DNA of 64,000 bases from Octopus sinensis (GCF_006345805.1 NC_043011.1:27416464-27480463), one strand, 5' to 3'; shown: positions 36,010 through 49,324, numbered from the stretch's first letter. Notes: generated from the sequence alone by a model not told the origin. Made by a program: numbers and translations.

Positions 36010-36195
36010 AAAATAATCCAGAATCCTTGTCTTATACCGGATGTATCCCAAAATCTAACCAGTTTGTACCAGTTACGAGATCAAACATCTCTGGAAGTTT
36101 CATCCAAATCCATCCAGTGGTTCTTGAGATATCTTGTCCACGGACAAACAAACACGGCTGAAAACAATACCTCTGCCTTTGCGAAGGTGTAAATA
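36010..36195 (+). mobile_element. possible Helentron/HINE-type 3' end
   Basis: aagtttcatccaaatccatccagtggttcttgagatat..gaaaacaatacctctgcctttgcgaaggt terminal stem-loop pattern. Confidence 0.3.
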
Positions 36196-36369
36196 ATAAG
36201 ATAACGAGCTCGGCTACAAAAAAATTATGACAGGCAAAAGGCAACTAAACTTATGGCAAAGGCAAAAAGCAAAAGCCATTTGTAGCCGCTACAACTTACA
36301 CGACAACATTATTTCTTGTGGTTCATGTCTGGAATGTGGAGTAGCACCTCCACTCTAATTGTATATCTC

Positions 36370-36480
36370 ATTCGCCTTCCAGGGGAGGAAGAGCTGCACG
36401 TTACGGTTGAAGATAGAAAGCCACGATGCTACATGTGTGCATCAGGAGACTTGAGGGCTTTCTGCTCCAACAGAAGACGG
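36370..36480 (+). pseudogene. LINE ORF1 zinc-knuckle fragment
   Basis: RLPGEEELHVTVEDRKPRCYMCASGDLRAFC, a degenerate CCHC knuckle. Confidence 0.5.
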
Positions 36481-37160
36481 GACCACAGAATACACTTACT
36501 GTCTGCACTAGACCCCACCCCAAATCTCAACAATGACCAACAAAAAATCATCGCCAACCTCAGCAATAACGTCATCACCAAGAAGAAGAACAGCAAATTC
36601 AACAACTGCTGGAAGAACACCAACATCAGCAACAACAACAATACCAGAAACAACAGCAACACCAGTAACACCATAACACTAGTAGCAGATGCACCGCCAG
36701 CACCTTCAGCAACAGGTGCTATCCCAATGAAGCTTTTCCTTACCCCCATTCTATCCGCCTCCTCTAAACGCAAATACATACATAATCTCTGATCTCACAG
36801 ATACGGTCACCTCTGCATCACGCAGTGAAAATGAAGGGGGGACTTTCCAAACTAATGAAATCAAAAATAAAACCCAATAAAACATCATGCCCCACACCAA
36901 CACACACATACACACCCCCCCCCAAAATATAGAAAATATAATCACATCGCCACAGACAGATTTACAGCAACACCAACCCCTCAGCACCACAATCATCAAC
37001 ACATTCACCGATCATACAAATAGCTCCACCAACACTACCACAAGTGCAATAACCCACGAAAAAAATACGCTCAACAGCAGCAACCAACCACACAAACACA
37101 AGACTTTATGCTCGTGAGGACAGTCAACAAAGAATCGATGGCTGTCAGAGCGAAGAAAGT

Positions 37161-37331
37161 ACATAATTAGATGCAGATGAAATAAGTTCTAAACGAATTA
37201 GAGGGACCAATACTATCAAAAATTTTATTTTTCTCCTTTTTCTATTTTCAAAATATACAAAAAAAGCTCTGTTGTATTTTGTCCCCTCTGTGTTTGGCCC
37301 TGTGTATCCAATAAAGAAAATTATCTCTCTA

Positions 37332-37363
<32 letters not shown>

Positions 37364-37369
37364 AATATC

Positions 37370-37452
<83 letters not shown>

Positions 37453-37501
37453 GTGTCTGTATGTCTCTCTCTCTGTATCTATCTATCTAAGTAGCTATCT
37501 C

Positions 37502-37596
<95 letters not shown>

Positions 37597-38857
37597 ATGT
37601 AGTACGGATCAGAATCCGAGAAGAGTGTGAAACAGAAGTGTGAGAAACGTAAAAGATTGATCGCAGTTGTAATTTGAGAGAAGGGAGACATCATATTCAA
37701 AGAAAAAGTGAAAAGTGAATGACATAAAAGAATGCCAAATATTGGAATGATTACATAAACGATTACAGAACAAAAAGTACATGGAGAGGGAGAGAGAATG
37801 AGGTCTTTGGCAAGTGCAAGAAACACTGATGATAGTACGAATGCCTCTGGAAACATAAAAACATTTGGGAGAGCTTCCGTCGCGACCACGGAACCCCTTA
37901 TCTAAAAGCCAGGAGTAGGATTGGATTTGAAAGGCTTTTCTTATTGAAGTAGCGACGACGGGTCTCCGTCATCAGGCGACATGAACTCAGTTTGCTGAAC
38001 TGAATGATATGCTCCTGAATTAAAATGTAAGTTGCTGAGCATTCCAGAGGCATGTGTACTAGCAGCTTAGTCTTCAGGTAAAATCAGTTTGACACAGTGT
38101 GTGTAATAAAGATATATAATTTGAATTACAAGTACAATCCGTCTGACACTTTTGTCACCTAATTTAACTCACAAGACAGGGCTCAGCCCAGGCTTCTAAA
38201 CATGACACTTACTCAAGATGTATCCTAGTGGTTCGAACCCGAAACTTCGATTTTACGAAGCGAGCTTCTTAACCATTTGGCCATACCACTACCTATCTTA
38301 TAACTCACATTTACTGGATATCTGCATGATATTTGAAATAACACATTTAAACTCTATTTGCGAAAGTTTATTGATTTAAGTTTTTCAGTTGAAATGGGAC
38401 GTCAGAAACCTTTCAAAATATCTTTGTGTTATTTACTTAATCTAATTCAGAGTAGTTTAGGAATGCTCCTTTTCTTAATTGTTATTTTTCAAATATATTA
38501 TTTCACTGCACCTGAATTATGTTTACGTAGATATTACACGAAGTAATCTAACAATAAACAACTTTGATCTAAAGAAATATTAACTGGTTTGAAATATCAA
38601 TGGAAATTATGAGTAATGGGGAGGGTTATGTATGTGTATAAGTAAAAGTTATTGGTCGATACCGGTTGTCTGCTAAGAGAACGAGTGACAGCCAGAGAGA
38701 TGGATAAACTGGTTTGTATAATCAAGTATAGAGACTAGACAGAAAGTACATGAGACGAAAGCACTACTATTCTATGATTAATCTATAGGATAATGCAGTG
38801 TTTCCTTATACAAAAGAAAAATGTTCAAATTTGTACTAAGTATTTGCTATGTATATG

Positions 38858-38915
<58 letters not shown>

Positions 38916-38940
38916 ATGTATGTATATATTTCTATATCTG

Positions 38941-38985
<45 letters not shown>

Positions 38986-39560
38986 ATGTATATATATATA
39001 TATATAAACAACTCTAATGTATAAAACTATTTGTAGCTCATAAACATATATCGTACGTTAAACAATATAGATGGAAGTAGTCGAAATATACGTATGTGTG
39101 TTTGTGGGTGCGTGTGTATGTGTGTGCTTGTGTGGCAACCGGATTAAATTAATGCCTCAAATTTACTTTGCGTTGAGTTACACCTTTACAGGACAAAGCA
39201 TGAACTTATATAGGTTTGTTTGGTAAAAGACAATGAGAGAGAGAGAGATAGAGATGGCGTGAGAGTGAGAGAAGGGGACAGGGAGTGTGTATGAGAGAGA
39301 CAAGACAAATCTCTGTGTCGAAAATATCATTATTCTATTATTAATCTAAAGGATGATGCATTACATCCACGAGGTAAAACTCTTTATAAAAGGAAAAATT
39401 CCATAATTAGATGCAGATGAAATAAGTTCTAAACGAATTAGAGGGACCAATACTATCAAAAATTTTATTTTTCTCCTTTTTTCTATTTTCAAAATATACA
39501 AAAAAAGCTCTGTTGTATTTTGTCCCCTCTGTGTTTGGCCCTGTGTATCCAATAAAGAAA

Positions 39561-39655
<95 letters not shown>

Positions 39656-39697
39656 GTGTCTGTCTGTCTCTGTATCTGTATCTATCTATCTAAGTAG

Positions 39698-39751
<54 letters not shown>

Positions 39752-39776
39752 CTGTGTCTGTCTGTCTCTCTCTCTG

Positions 39777-39818
<42 letters not shown>

Positions 39819-39824
39819 AATATC

Positions 39825-39887
<63 letters not shown>

Positions 39888-40056
39888 ATGTAGTATGGAT
39901 CAGAATCCGAGGAGAAGCGTGTGAAACAGAAGTGTGAGAAACGTAAAAGATTGATCGCAGTTGTAATTTGAGAGAAGGGAGACGTCATATTCAAAGAAAA
40001 AGTGGAAAGTGAATGACATAAAAGAATGCCAAATATTGGAATGATTACATAAACGA
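37161..40056. repeat. ~600 bp direct duplication (37161-37762 and 39403-40056) containing (TATC)n
   Basis: cataattagatgcagatg..ggaatgattacataaacga present twice with a few substitutions and different microsatellite lengths. Confidence 0.9.
37340..37592. repeat. (TATC)n microsatellite (also ~12975-13072, 39562-39885, 55877-55945, 61507-61580)
   Basis: Direct observation. Confidence 0.95.
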
Positions 40057-40624
40057 ATGCCAAATATTGGAATGATTACATAAAAGAACGAGAAATGCCT
40101 TGGAGCAATGTTTTGTTCTAAGAACAGCGAGCAGGTAATATTCATTATTAAAACTATGTGCATCAATACAGAACAAAAAATTCTGACGAATTTGTGAAAG
40201 AGTTGATTTTTGATATGAATCAATAAAATTATACAACAAGCCTGAAATTTTGTGCCATAAATTTCATTTCCAAACATAAATCAGCTTCAGTAAAAATTGA
40301 GAACCGGACAGATGAGAGAAAGAGAGAGAGAGAGAAGAGGGAGAGGGGGAGAAAGAGAGAAGAAGAGAGAGAGAGAGGGAGGGAGAAAGAAAGGATCGGA
40401 GAAAACGAGAGTGCAGGAGAGAGACAGACAGATACAGAGAAAGGGAGAGAGATGGGTTTGAGCGTAAAAGAGATTGAAAAAGAAGAAAGAGAGGAGTTTT
40501 AGAAGGAAAGGTTTAACGTACAAAAAATTATTTGGAGGAAATAACTGGGAGACGAGAAAGAGCATGTAGAGTGTGACTCCGGTATCATTGCACTTAATAG
40601 CATATATGTTTGTATGTGTATGTG

Positions 40625-41017
40625 TGTATAAGAGTCATTCATATATATGGGATGGAAGCACTCCGTCGGTTACGACGATGAGGGTTCCGGTTGATCCGAA
40701 TCAACGGAACAGCCTGCTCGTGAAATTAACGTGTAAGTGGCTGAGCACTCCACAGACACGTGCACCCTTAACGTAGTTCTCGGAGATATTCAGCGTGACA
40801 CAGAGAGTGACAAGGTACAACAGAAACAGGAAGTAAGAGTGAGAGAAAGTTGTGGTGAAAGAGTACAGCAGGGATCACCACCATCCCCTGCCGGAGCTTC
40901 GTGGAGCTCTTAGGTGTTTTCGCTCAATAAACACTCACAACGCCCGGTCTGGGAATCGAAACCGCGATCCTATGACCGCGAGTCTGCTGCCCTAACCACT
41001 GGGCCATTGCGCCTCCA

Positions 41018-41018
<1 letters not shown>
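40625..41018 (-). mobile_element. tRNA-derived SINE, family 3
   Basis: Minus head tggaggcgcaatggcccagtggttagggcag..ttcgattcccagaccggg; tail shared with 55563-55870. Confidence 0.8.
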
Positions 41019-41019
<1 letters not shown>

Positions 41020-41108
<89 letters not shown>

Positions 41109-41140
41109 ATATTATATATATATATAATATATATATATTA

Positions 41141-41180
<40 letters not shown>

Positions 41181-41280
41181 CATATTATATACATATATAT
41201 ATATATATATATATAATATACAATATATATAATATATAATAATATATATATATATAATATATACATATATATCTATATAC

Positions 41281-41332
<52 letters not shown>

Positions 41333-41341
41333 AGTATATAT

Positions 41342-41373
<32 letters not shown>

Positions 41374-41380
41374 ATACCTT
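41020..41380. repeat. (TA)n microsatellite field, one of many (also ~5340-5645, 9580-10035, 41875-42168, 49140-49870, 54225-54300)
   Basis: Direct observation. Confidence 0.95.
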
Positions 41381-41509
41381 GATAAATACATGCATACTTG
41401 TGCTGGACATCAAATTCAATGATGACCAACTTCTTTGATCACTCTAAGTCTTAAAGAAAAGCCAAAAACGGAGGATGCAGTCACATGGGCGACCTCACGA
41501 TCGCAACTA

Positions 41510-41545
41510 TTGGGTTGTCCGCCAAGTTCGTGCCGATTTATAGCA
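41510..41545. mobile_element. isolated mariner-type TIR end
   Basis: TA followed by ttgggttgtccgccaagttcgtgccgattt; partner end not found. Confidence 0.4.
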
Positions 41546-41873
41546 GCTTACATTTCGACTTATTTTAGGACATGATTTAGTCCAGAAAATAGGATTTGAC
41601 TCACCTCAATTTAGAGCACAGTTTAAGCTATCGTTTCGTGGAAGAAAGTTTATGTTCCTATTACCTGTGTTAATTATGTAACCCCTTAAAGCTACATTAT
41701 TTCAAAAAAATTGTCATTATAGAACGCCGCAGGATTACTCATTTTAACCAGCAACGTGAAATGACGTTTTGCTGAAACAAAAACACAACGCGTCGCGCAG
41801 TCCAAGTATCGAAATCACAATCATACGATCACAAGTCAATACCTTAACCCTCCAAGCCACACGACTACACAGA

Positions 41874-41914
<41 letters not shown>

Positions 41915-41929
41915 TTATTATATATATAT

Positions 41930-42004
<75 letters not shown>

Positions 42005-42079
42005 TATATATTATATATATATATTATATATAATATTATATATATATATATATATATATTATATTAATATCATATATAT

Positions 42080-42111
<32 letters not shown>

Positions 42112-42167
42112 TATTATATATATATATATATATATATATACTATATATATATATATATCTATATATA

Positions 42168-43011
42168 TAATTTCAACAATTGAGGGTAAAATTAATTAAT
42201 TAATCAATTTCACCAAGTATTCAGTATGCAAAGGGACCATTTAAGGCGAATTCAAATTATTACATTATATAAAAGGGCTTAGTAAAATAAATTACTTTGC
42301 CGCATACTGAACTCATTAGAAATAGCAGCTACTAAAAAAACTTTTTAAAACTATTTCTAATACTTAAAGAAAATACTTAAGTATTAAAAAGTTTTTTAGC
42401 TGCTATTTCTAATGAGTTCAGTATGCGGCAAAGTAATTTATTTTACTAAGCCCTTTTATATAATGTAATAATTGAATTCGCCTTAAATGGTCCCTTTGCA
42501 TACTGAATACTTGGTGAAATTGATTATTAATTAATTAACCCTCAATTGTTGAAATTATAATTCATCTCTCTCTATATAATGCCTCGGATTTTACCGAAAA
42601 AAGCATAGTGTTTGCTGATTTTAACCCACGCTGGTGGAAAGGGGAGAGCAGAAATTCTTCGCTTGCATTTTGAGTTTGTTGGCACTGTATTACGAGCAGA
42701 TCTTCAGAAGCGATAAGAAGCCGAAAGGGTATGCTCCCACTTTCAGTGTTTTCAAATCCAAACCAGGAATTCTGAGCTGATGATAGAAATGTCGAGTTTG
42801 ACTAATCTTGAAACGTACGTTCTCAAATAACCTTTGCACTTGATTTTTTAATGTCTCTACCCCCATATTTTCGTGAGTTGAATTGAGCAAACACTATATG
42901 AGAGAGGTTTTCTTTAAGTATTAGAAATAGTTTTAAAAAGTTTTTTTAGCTCTATTTCTAATGAGTCAGTATGCGGCAAAGTAATTTATTTTACTAAGCC
43001 CTTTATATATG

Positions 43012-43015
<4 letters not shown>
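42168..43015 (+). repeat. HHR-bearing ~535 bp unit with partial direct repeat and ~190 bp-arm foldback
   Basis: 42168-42372 mirrors 42374-42557; 42380-42470 is repeated at 42916-43015; flanked by (TA)n. Confidence 0.85.
42773..42825 (+). ncRNA. type I hammerhead motif (GUU site, U.U at 10.1-11.1)
   Basis: TGAG-CTGATGA-TAGA..TCTT-GAA-ACGTACGT-T-CTCA. Confidence 0.65.
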
Positions 43016-43083
<68 letters not shown>

Positions 43084-43392
43084 TGGTGTGGTGTGTGTGT
43101 GTGTGCATATATATATACATGTCTGTATATATATATGTGTGTATCTATATGTATGTATATATATATAGATGTTGTGTGTTCTATATTATATGTATGCATA
43201 TATATAGACATAAGATATATATATATAATATATATATAGATATATATATATATATATATACAAGTATATATGGGTACAGGAGTTCAATAACTGTGCAAAT
43301 AACATGAAATACGTAAAGAAAAGAGGGAAAACAGAGAAATAAGTAAACAACGAGAAAAAATGGAAATCAGGACAAGTTAACACAGAGGAAGG

Positions 43393-43455
43393 ACCCTTTA
43401 TCAGTTGTCTTCTGTATATCTACTCCTCATTTTGAGCATTCAACGACAATATGAG
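43393..43455 (-). ncRNA. decayed permuted hammerhead copy
   Basis: CTCAT-A-TTGTCG..GCTC-AAA-ATGAG..AGACAA-CTGATAA-A-GGGT; G8 and G12 mutated. Confidence 0.55.
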
Positions 43456-43940
43456 TCTTCAAAGACAGTTGCTTCCACAAATTCTAAACTAAAATTCAGG
43501 ATTTATGGAGGCTCAAAGTTAGGAACAAAAAATGAGTGCGGAGACATACAAGGGCACCGAACGAACAAAAACATGGAGGGTCATTAGACCAGAATGAGAG
43601 GTAAAATATTGAACGCTGGGTGAAACATTTTTTTAAAAGAAAAAGATAGAAGAGTGAGAGAAAAACACGTCCGTTCGTTTAAGCGTCCTTGTAGGAAAAG
43701 AAAGATGGCTATACGTGAGCAACGAGAGAGGGGGACAGAGAGAAGAGAAAGATGGGAGAGAGACAGAGACAGACCTCCCGGTGTTCACTATTTTCCTCTC
43801 GTTCTGGTCTCACGACCCTCCTTGTTTGCTTTCGTTCAGTTTCCTTGTATGCCTCCACTGTATTTTTTTGTTCTAAACTTTGACCCACCATAAATCCAAA
43901 ATTTTATTTTAGAATTTATCGGAGCAACTGTCTTTGAAGA

Positions 43941-44003
43941 CTCATATTGTCGTTGAATGCCCGAAATGAAGAGTACATAGACAGCCGACAACTGAGGAAG
44001 GGT
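43941..44003 (+). ncRNA. non-circularly permuted hammerhead ribozyme candidate (best copy)
   Basis: (C)TCAT-A-TTGTCG-ttgaat-GCCC-GAA-ATGA..16 nt..CGACAA-CTGAGGA-A-GGGT; all three stems close. Confidence 0.75.
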
Positions 44004-44239
44004 CCTTCCTCTGTGTTAACTTGTGCTGTTTTCCATTTTTTCTCGTTGTTTACGTATTTCACTCGTTTTCCCTCGTTTGCTTACGTATTTTCATGTTATT
44101 TGCACTGTTAGAGACGTGCTGTACCCATATAGGGGATTGCACGTAGAAAGTCACCCTCCGCGGCACAAGTCCAGGTAAGGTTATTTATGGATGACCAGCA
44201 GTTGCCCATGCATACCAGCCTCCTTTCTCCTCGCCAGTG

Positions 44240-44269
<30 letters not shown>

Positions 44270-44276
<7 letters not shown>

Positions 44277-44485
44277 TGTTTGTTTTTGTTTTCCAGTTTT
44301 CAGCTCTTGAGCTGTGGCCATGCTGGGCACCGCCATTGTGGTGAAAGAGTACAGGAGGGATGCCCACCCCCTGCGGAGCCTCGTAAGCTTTTTAGGTTTT
44401 TTTGCTCAATAAACACACACAACGCCCGGTCTGAGAATCGAACCCGATCCTGCGACCGCGAGTCCTGCCCTAACCACTAGGCCAT
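44270..44485 (-). mobile_element. SINE composite (family 3 head with family 1-like tail)
   Basis: aaacacacacaacgcccggtctgagaatcgaacc..taaccactaggccatt; gcggccatgctgg-like segment upstream. Confidence 0.6.
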
Positions 44486-44710
44486 TATATATATAATATA
44501 TATAATATATATATAATATATATTAATATATATATTATATATATATATATATAATGGTATATATATATACATATATATATATATGATATATATTATATAT
44601 ATATATATATAGTTAATCCAAACAAGAAAACACACAAAATAAAACACAACAAACGCGAGGACAGGGAACACTTAGTATTATGGGACGCTCAGGAATGAGT
44701 AAAGAAGGAG

Positions 44711-44746
44711 GTTATAACGTTTCGAGCGGAGCTCTTCGTCGGAAAC
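44711..44746 (-). ncRNA. degenerate minimal hammerhead motif
   Basis: Minus: GTTT-CCGACGA-A-GAGC-tcc-GCTC-GAA-ACGT-T-ATAAC; U4 to C and stem I broken. Confidence 0.4.
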
Positions 44747-45834
44747 ATAGGAGAGGAAAGATCCAGAGAAGGGAAGACAGAGGAAAAAAAATTGCCAACG
44801 GTACACACGAGGTCACATTTTGAAATATATATATATATATATATATATATATCTACGTGTGTGTGTATATTAATATAATATTTAGATATGTTCATATATA
44901 TATATATACATATATCTGTGTGTGTATAAATATATATATATGAATGTATCATATATTAAATTTCTTATAAAGAGAGAGAGAAGAGAGAGGGGCAGAGAAA
45001 GGGAAAGGGATGTATTAATAGATATATGTATATAGATACACGTGATTGGTGTGTGTGTGTGTGTGCGAGCCTGCGTTTTATGGAGTATTTGTGTATTCAT
45101 TTATATTCGTACCGACGTAGGTATATTAGTATGGAAAAATTGATTTATGAATGTAAATACTGCAGTATAGAAGAGAGCTTGAAACAAATACATTTATTTG
45201 TATTTCGACAGTTTTGAGAATGTGTAATCAGTGATTTGTCGCTACACAAACAGTTATCGGTATTCTATTATGACAGGTAATTCGCACTTAAGAACTCGGC
45301 AGCTCTTAACGCTGTTTTTAGAATCCTTATTTCTAGTAAATCACAATATTCAAAGCTATGATTTACTTACTGAACCACTATCTCCTAGATCAAACCTACA
45401 TACATGGTTCTCGCATTGTTGTCAACTCTGCTATGTGTCGACCACCTAAGACCAAGATGCAAACACTTCTCAGACATTACACGAACGTTTCAACCTTTCA
45501 GAATTCTTTTATTCCAGCACCCTCCTACATGAATTAACCTTGTTGAGATTCAGGCCCCGCCAAAAAGCTGCACTAATCTCCACCAATACAATCATTGTAA
45601 ACGTTACAGCGCCTCTTTCTCTCTCTCTCTCTCTCCTCCCCCCCTCTCTCTCTCTCTCTCTGTTTTCTTTTCTCTCCATTTCTTTCCTTATCTTTCTTTT
45701 TCTTCCTATCTATTATTCTTGATCTTTGCATTTCCAATGTCGCCCCCCACAAAGACTATTACCTTTGCTAAAAGCATTCATATAATCTGGTGTGCTTAAT
45801 TGCCATCAAAACATTACGTACAAAAATAGAACCA

Positions 45835-45883
<49 letters not shown>

Positions 45884-46380
45884 GTTGTCCTGTCTGTCTG
45901 TCTGTCTGTCTGTCAGTCTGTCTGTCTGTCTTCTCTATCTGTTTGCTCGTCTGTCTATCTGTCTCTCCGTCTGTCTGTTTGTCTCTGTCTCTGTGTGTCT
46001 CTCTCTCTGAGTCTGTCTTTGTCTCTCTGTCTCGCTTCTGTTCGCAATATATATAAACTCAAGTGACATTCAGACGCTGATCTTGCAACAAGCAAATAAG
46101 CTCATTTTAAAATCTCTGTAAGAAGCGAACGCAGTCGCTGAGCTGGCAAGTAATGTTTGTTGCCGTTTCAACGTGGCTGTTCCGTTCGAACGGATTTTAC
46201 AGCAGATTAACAGCAATTGTTTAGTTTCAGTACAACGCATACCAGATGTCATCTGAAGAAAGGAATTCTATGTATGAAATTTTTAGTTAAAAGAAACTGA
46301 AATACAGATGCATACACACGTACGCGCACACACACACACGCTCACGCATACACACACACACACACACACGCACGCACACA

Positions 46381-46418
<38 letters not shown>

Positions 46419-47289
46419 AAACTCACACAGTAACAAATATATAAGCTTAGTAGGAGAAACAAGACGAATGAGAACTCAAAAATAAGTATATATACATAAT
46501 TTTCCCTTAATGGGACGTTACAAACGCCACTCAGTAGAATTCAACCCCCACCCACACAAACATTGGAAATACACTATTTTTCTACCCGTGGTTAGGTAGA
46601 AACATAAGGTATTTCCAGTGCATTCCTCAACCCCAGTTTTGGGTTATCTTCCCTGTTGTATTCCGGTATAATATCGAAATTCTTTAAGTGTAAAAAAATC
46701 ACGATTTCCCGATGGTAAAACTGCTGTGCGGGTTTAGTGAAGAATAAGATATAATCCGAATAAGGATACAAAAAAAGGGCTTTAACGCATTTTCAATCTG
46801 TTATTGTCGTTTCTGTACCGACTCGGATTTCAACGTCAGTTCATGCAAAAGTTTAAATTGAAAATTTACGAAATACTTGCGTTTTTTAAAGAGGAGAGTA
46901 GCACTTCCTCAAATCTACATCAAAGGTTCGCCCTTTCATTGTTTGTTACGTGATCTTATACAAAGGAAACGACGCGAAAATGTGTTATCCATACTGACAC
47001 GACAATTTCACTGGCCTAACAATACTTAATTTTTGTCACAAACCGTCTTCACAAACGTCGATCACATGATCAGTGTCAACCAAGGAGATTACACAGAAAC
47101 ATAGAAATTTGAGCAGTAATTTCTCCACGGAAACGCAAATTTTTAAACTTCAGCTAGAATTGAGATAAGTATTACGTTGCTTCAGTTCCTATTACACATA
47201 CATTTCGTAAATCATAGATTTGTGAAACCCATTAACAAAATGTCAATAAATCTTTTTAAGAAACCCAAGTACATTTTATATATTAATTT

Positions 47290-47340
<51 letters not shown>

Positions 47341-47342
<2 letters not shown>

Positions 47343-47700
47343 ATGAAATATAACATACAAAAGATATACACGCGCAAGAATTTATTATGTATAAAATCTT
47401 TTAATGATTCATATGAACGAAAACAGACAAGCATATATATATATATCTATATATGCGTATACATGCATACATGCACACACACAACACACACACACACACA
47501 CACACACATACACACACACACACACAAATATATATATAATATGAAATATAATACAAAAATATACACGCACACGAATTTATGTATAAAATCTTCCAATGAT
47601 TCATATGAACGAAAACAGGCAGACATATATATCTATATATGCGTAAACATGCATACATACACACAGGCACACACACGCACGCACACACACACACATGTGC
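47341..47700. repeat. old ~200 bp tandem duplication
   Basis: atatgaaatataa..atgtataaaatctt..aatgattcatatgaacgaaaacag occurs twice. Confidence 0.8.
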
Positions 47701-48289
47701 ACATATATTTCTGTGATTGTGTGTAAAGCCGAGAGTGAGTGGCAAAGACAGACGGAGAGAAGGAGAGAGAGAGCGAGAGAGGAATGTAAGAAGTTGTGAC
47801 GGACTATTAGATGGTTAAATTGATTAGATGAGAAGTACATAGAGAGATTAGTAAGGAGAATGGTAAAATGGTTGGGTAAGAACCGCAGACGGAAGAGAAA
47901 CTTGGATAAATAAATAAATTGGTATACGTAGAGACAAGCTGAGTAACAAGTTTGTACGTGGGTGATAGTGGCTTGAGAAACTTCTCGTAAAAATAAAATG
48001 ATGTACTTTTCTTGGAACTTGTTATTGAAATGTTAGCCATCATGATATATTATATATACAAATTGAGATAGGGGTTGTAAATGCAACCCTCCATGGGATA
48101 ACATATACCCAATATACTGCCAGTGAAGTACCCAACACAGTTAATACATAAATGTTAAGAATTGCGATGCAATTATTTCATTTACTGTATTATATGGGCA
48201 AAGGTAAAGTGATTTACCACAAATTCATAATACAAAATAAGAAAATGGAGAAATACATTATTAATATATATATATATTATTATATATAT

Positions 48290-48320
<31 letters not shown>

Positions 48321-48342
48321 TATATATTATATATATTAATAA

Positions 48343-48973
48343 TAAGGACATATTTAAGTGTCTACCCGCTAGAAATAAGAGTCATAACTCTTTTTGGACC
48401 ACCCAAAAATAATTGCAGTGAAAAAACAACAGATTCAACGGTATACTAGCAGACCGATTAAATCTCTTTAATAACAATATATTATAAAGCTAAATATTTA
48501 CTGGAATAGGTAGATATATGGACCTGTTTCTGGTTTGATGCAAAGATTGTACCTTCTTCAGTACATCTTAGCCCTTTGAAACATTATCCCAATCTCTTGA
48601 ATTGATATCTGCTGGCGTCCTCAATCACTTTCGAGTATCTTACTGCTGATTAGTACTGTTCACACCAAGGCCGTCCGCACTTTCGCGCTAAGCAATTGAG
48701 GACGTCAGCAGATATCAACGTGCCAGATTGGGATAACGTTTTGAAGGGGTGAGATGTGCTGGAGATGGTAAGATCTTTGTATAAATCCAGAATCACATCA
48801 ACATATACACCTATACCAGTAAATACTTAGTTTTATGTTATATTTGTAAGAGATTTTTTTCAATCTGTCAGTATACAATTGAATCTGCTGTTTTCAGTGT
48901 AAACAATTTTTGACGGTCCAAATAGGAGTTCTAACTCTTATTTCTAGCGGGTAGATACTTCAATATGACCTTA
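48343..48973. mobile_element. diverged foldback element with hammerhead remnants in both arms
   Basis: Arms ~48343-48630 and ~48695-48973 (tctacccgctagaaataagagt / actcttatttctagcgggtaga). Confidence 0.8.
48516..48566 (-). ncRNA. type I hammerhead motif, partly decayed
   Basis: Minus: ATGTA-CTGAAGA-AGGT..ACCA-GAA-ACAGGT-C-CATAT; core intact, first stem I pair mismatched; mirror arm has ATGTG-CTGGAGA-TGG..CCA-GAATC. Confidence 0.55.
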
Positions 48974-49177
48974 TGATTAGCATTATTTTAATTCTTTAGC
49001 TTTATAATGATATTTTTTAGGCCTGAAAACATCTATATTAATGTTTCTCTTATTAGCAACTATATTTTTTAGACATCGATAATAGAAATATTATGTCTTA
49101 TAAATATTAATTTCCGAATATTTTACTGTTGAGATTTAAATTTATATATATATATTATTATATATATATATATGTAT

Positions 49178-49213
<36 letters not shown>

Positions 49214-49264
49214 ATATATATATGTGTATATAGTTATATATATATGTATATATGTATATATATA

Positions 49265-49324
<60 letters not shown>

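Larger units (their letters stand above)
43270..44130. mobile_element. diverged foldback element, each arm with a permuted hammerhead
   Basis: Arms ~43270-43610 and ~43800-44130 (tgggtacag / ctgtaccca ends) with a ~190 bp purine-rich spacer. Confidence 0.8.

Noticed and set aside
40170-40200. CTGACGA..GAAA
   Set aside because: Stem II too short and no stem III or cleavage triplet.
46240-46265. CTGAAGA core at ~46252
   Set aside because: No GAAA strand or stems in canonical or permuted arrangement at plausible distance.
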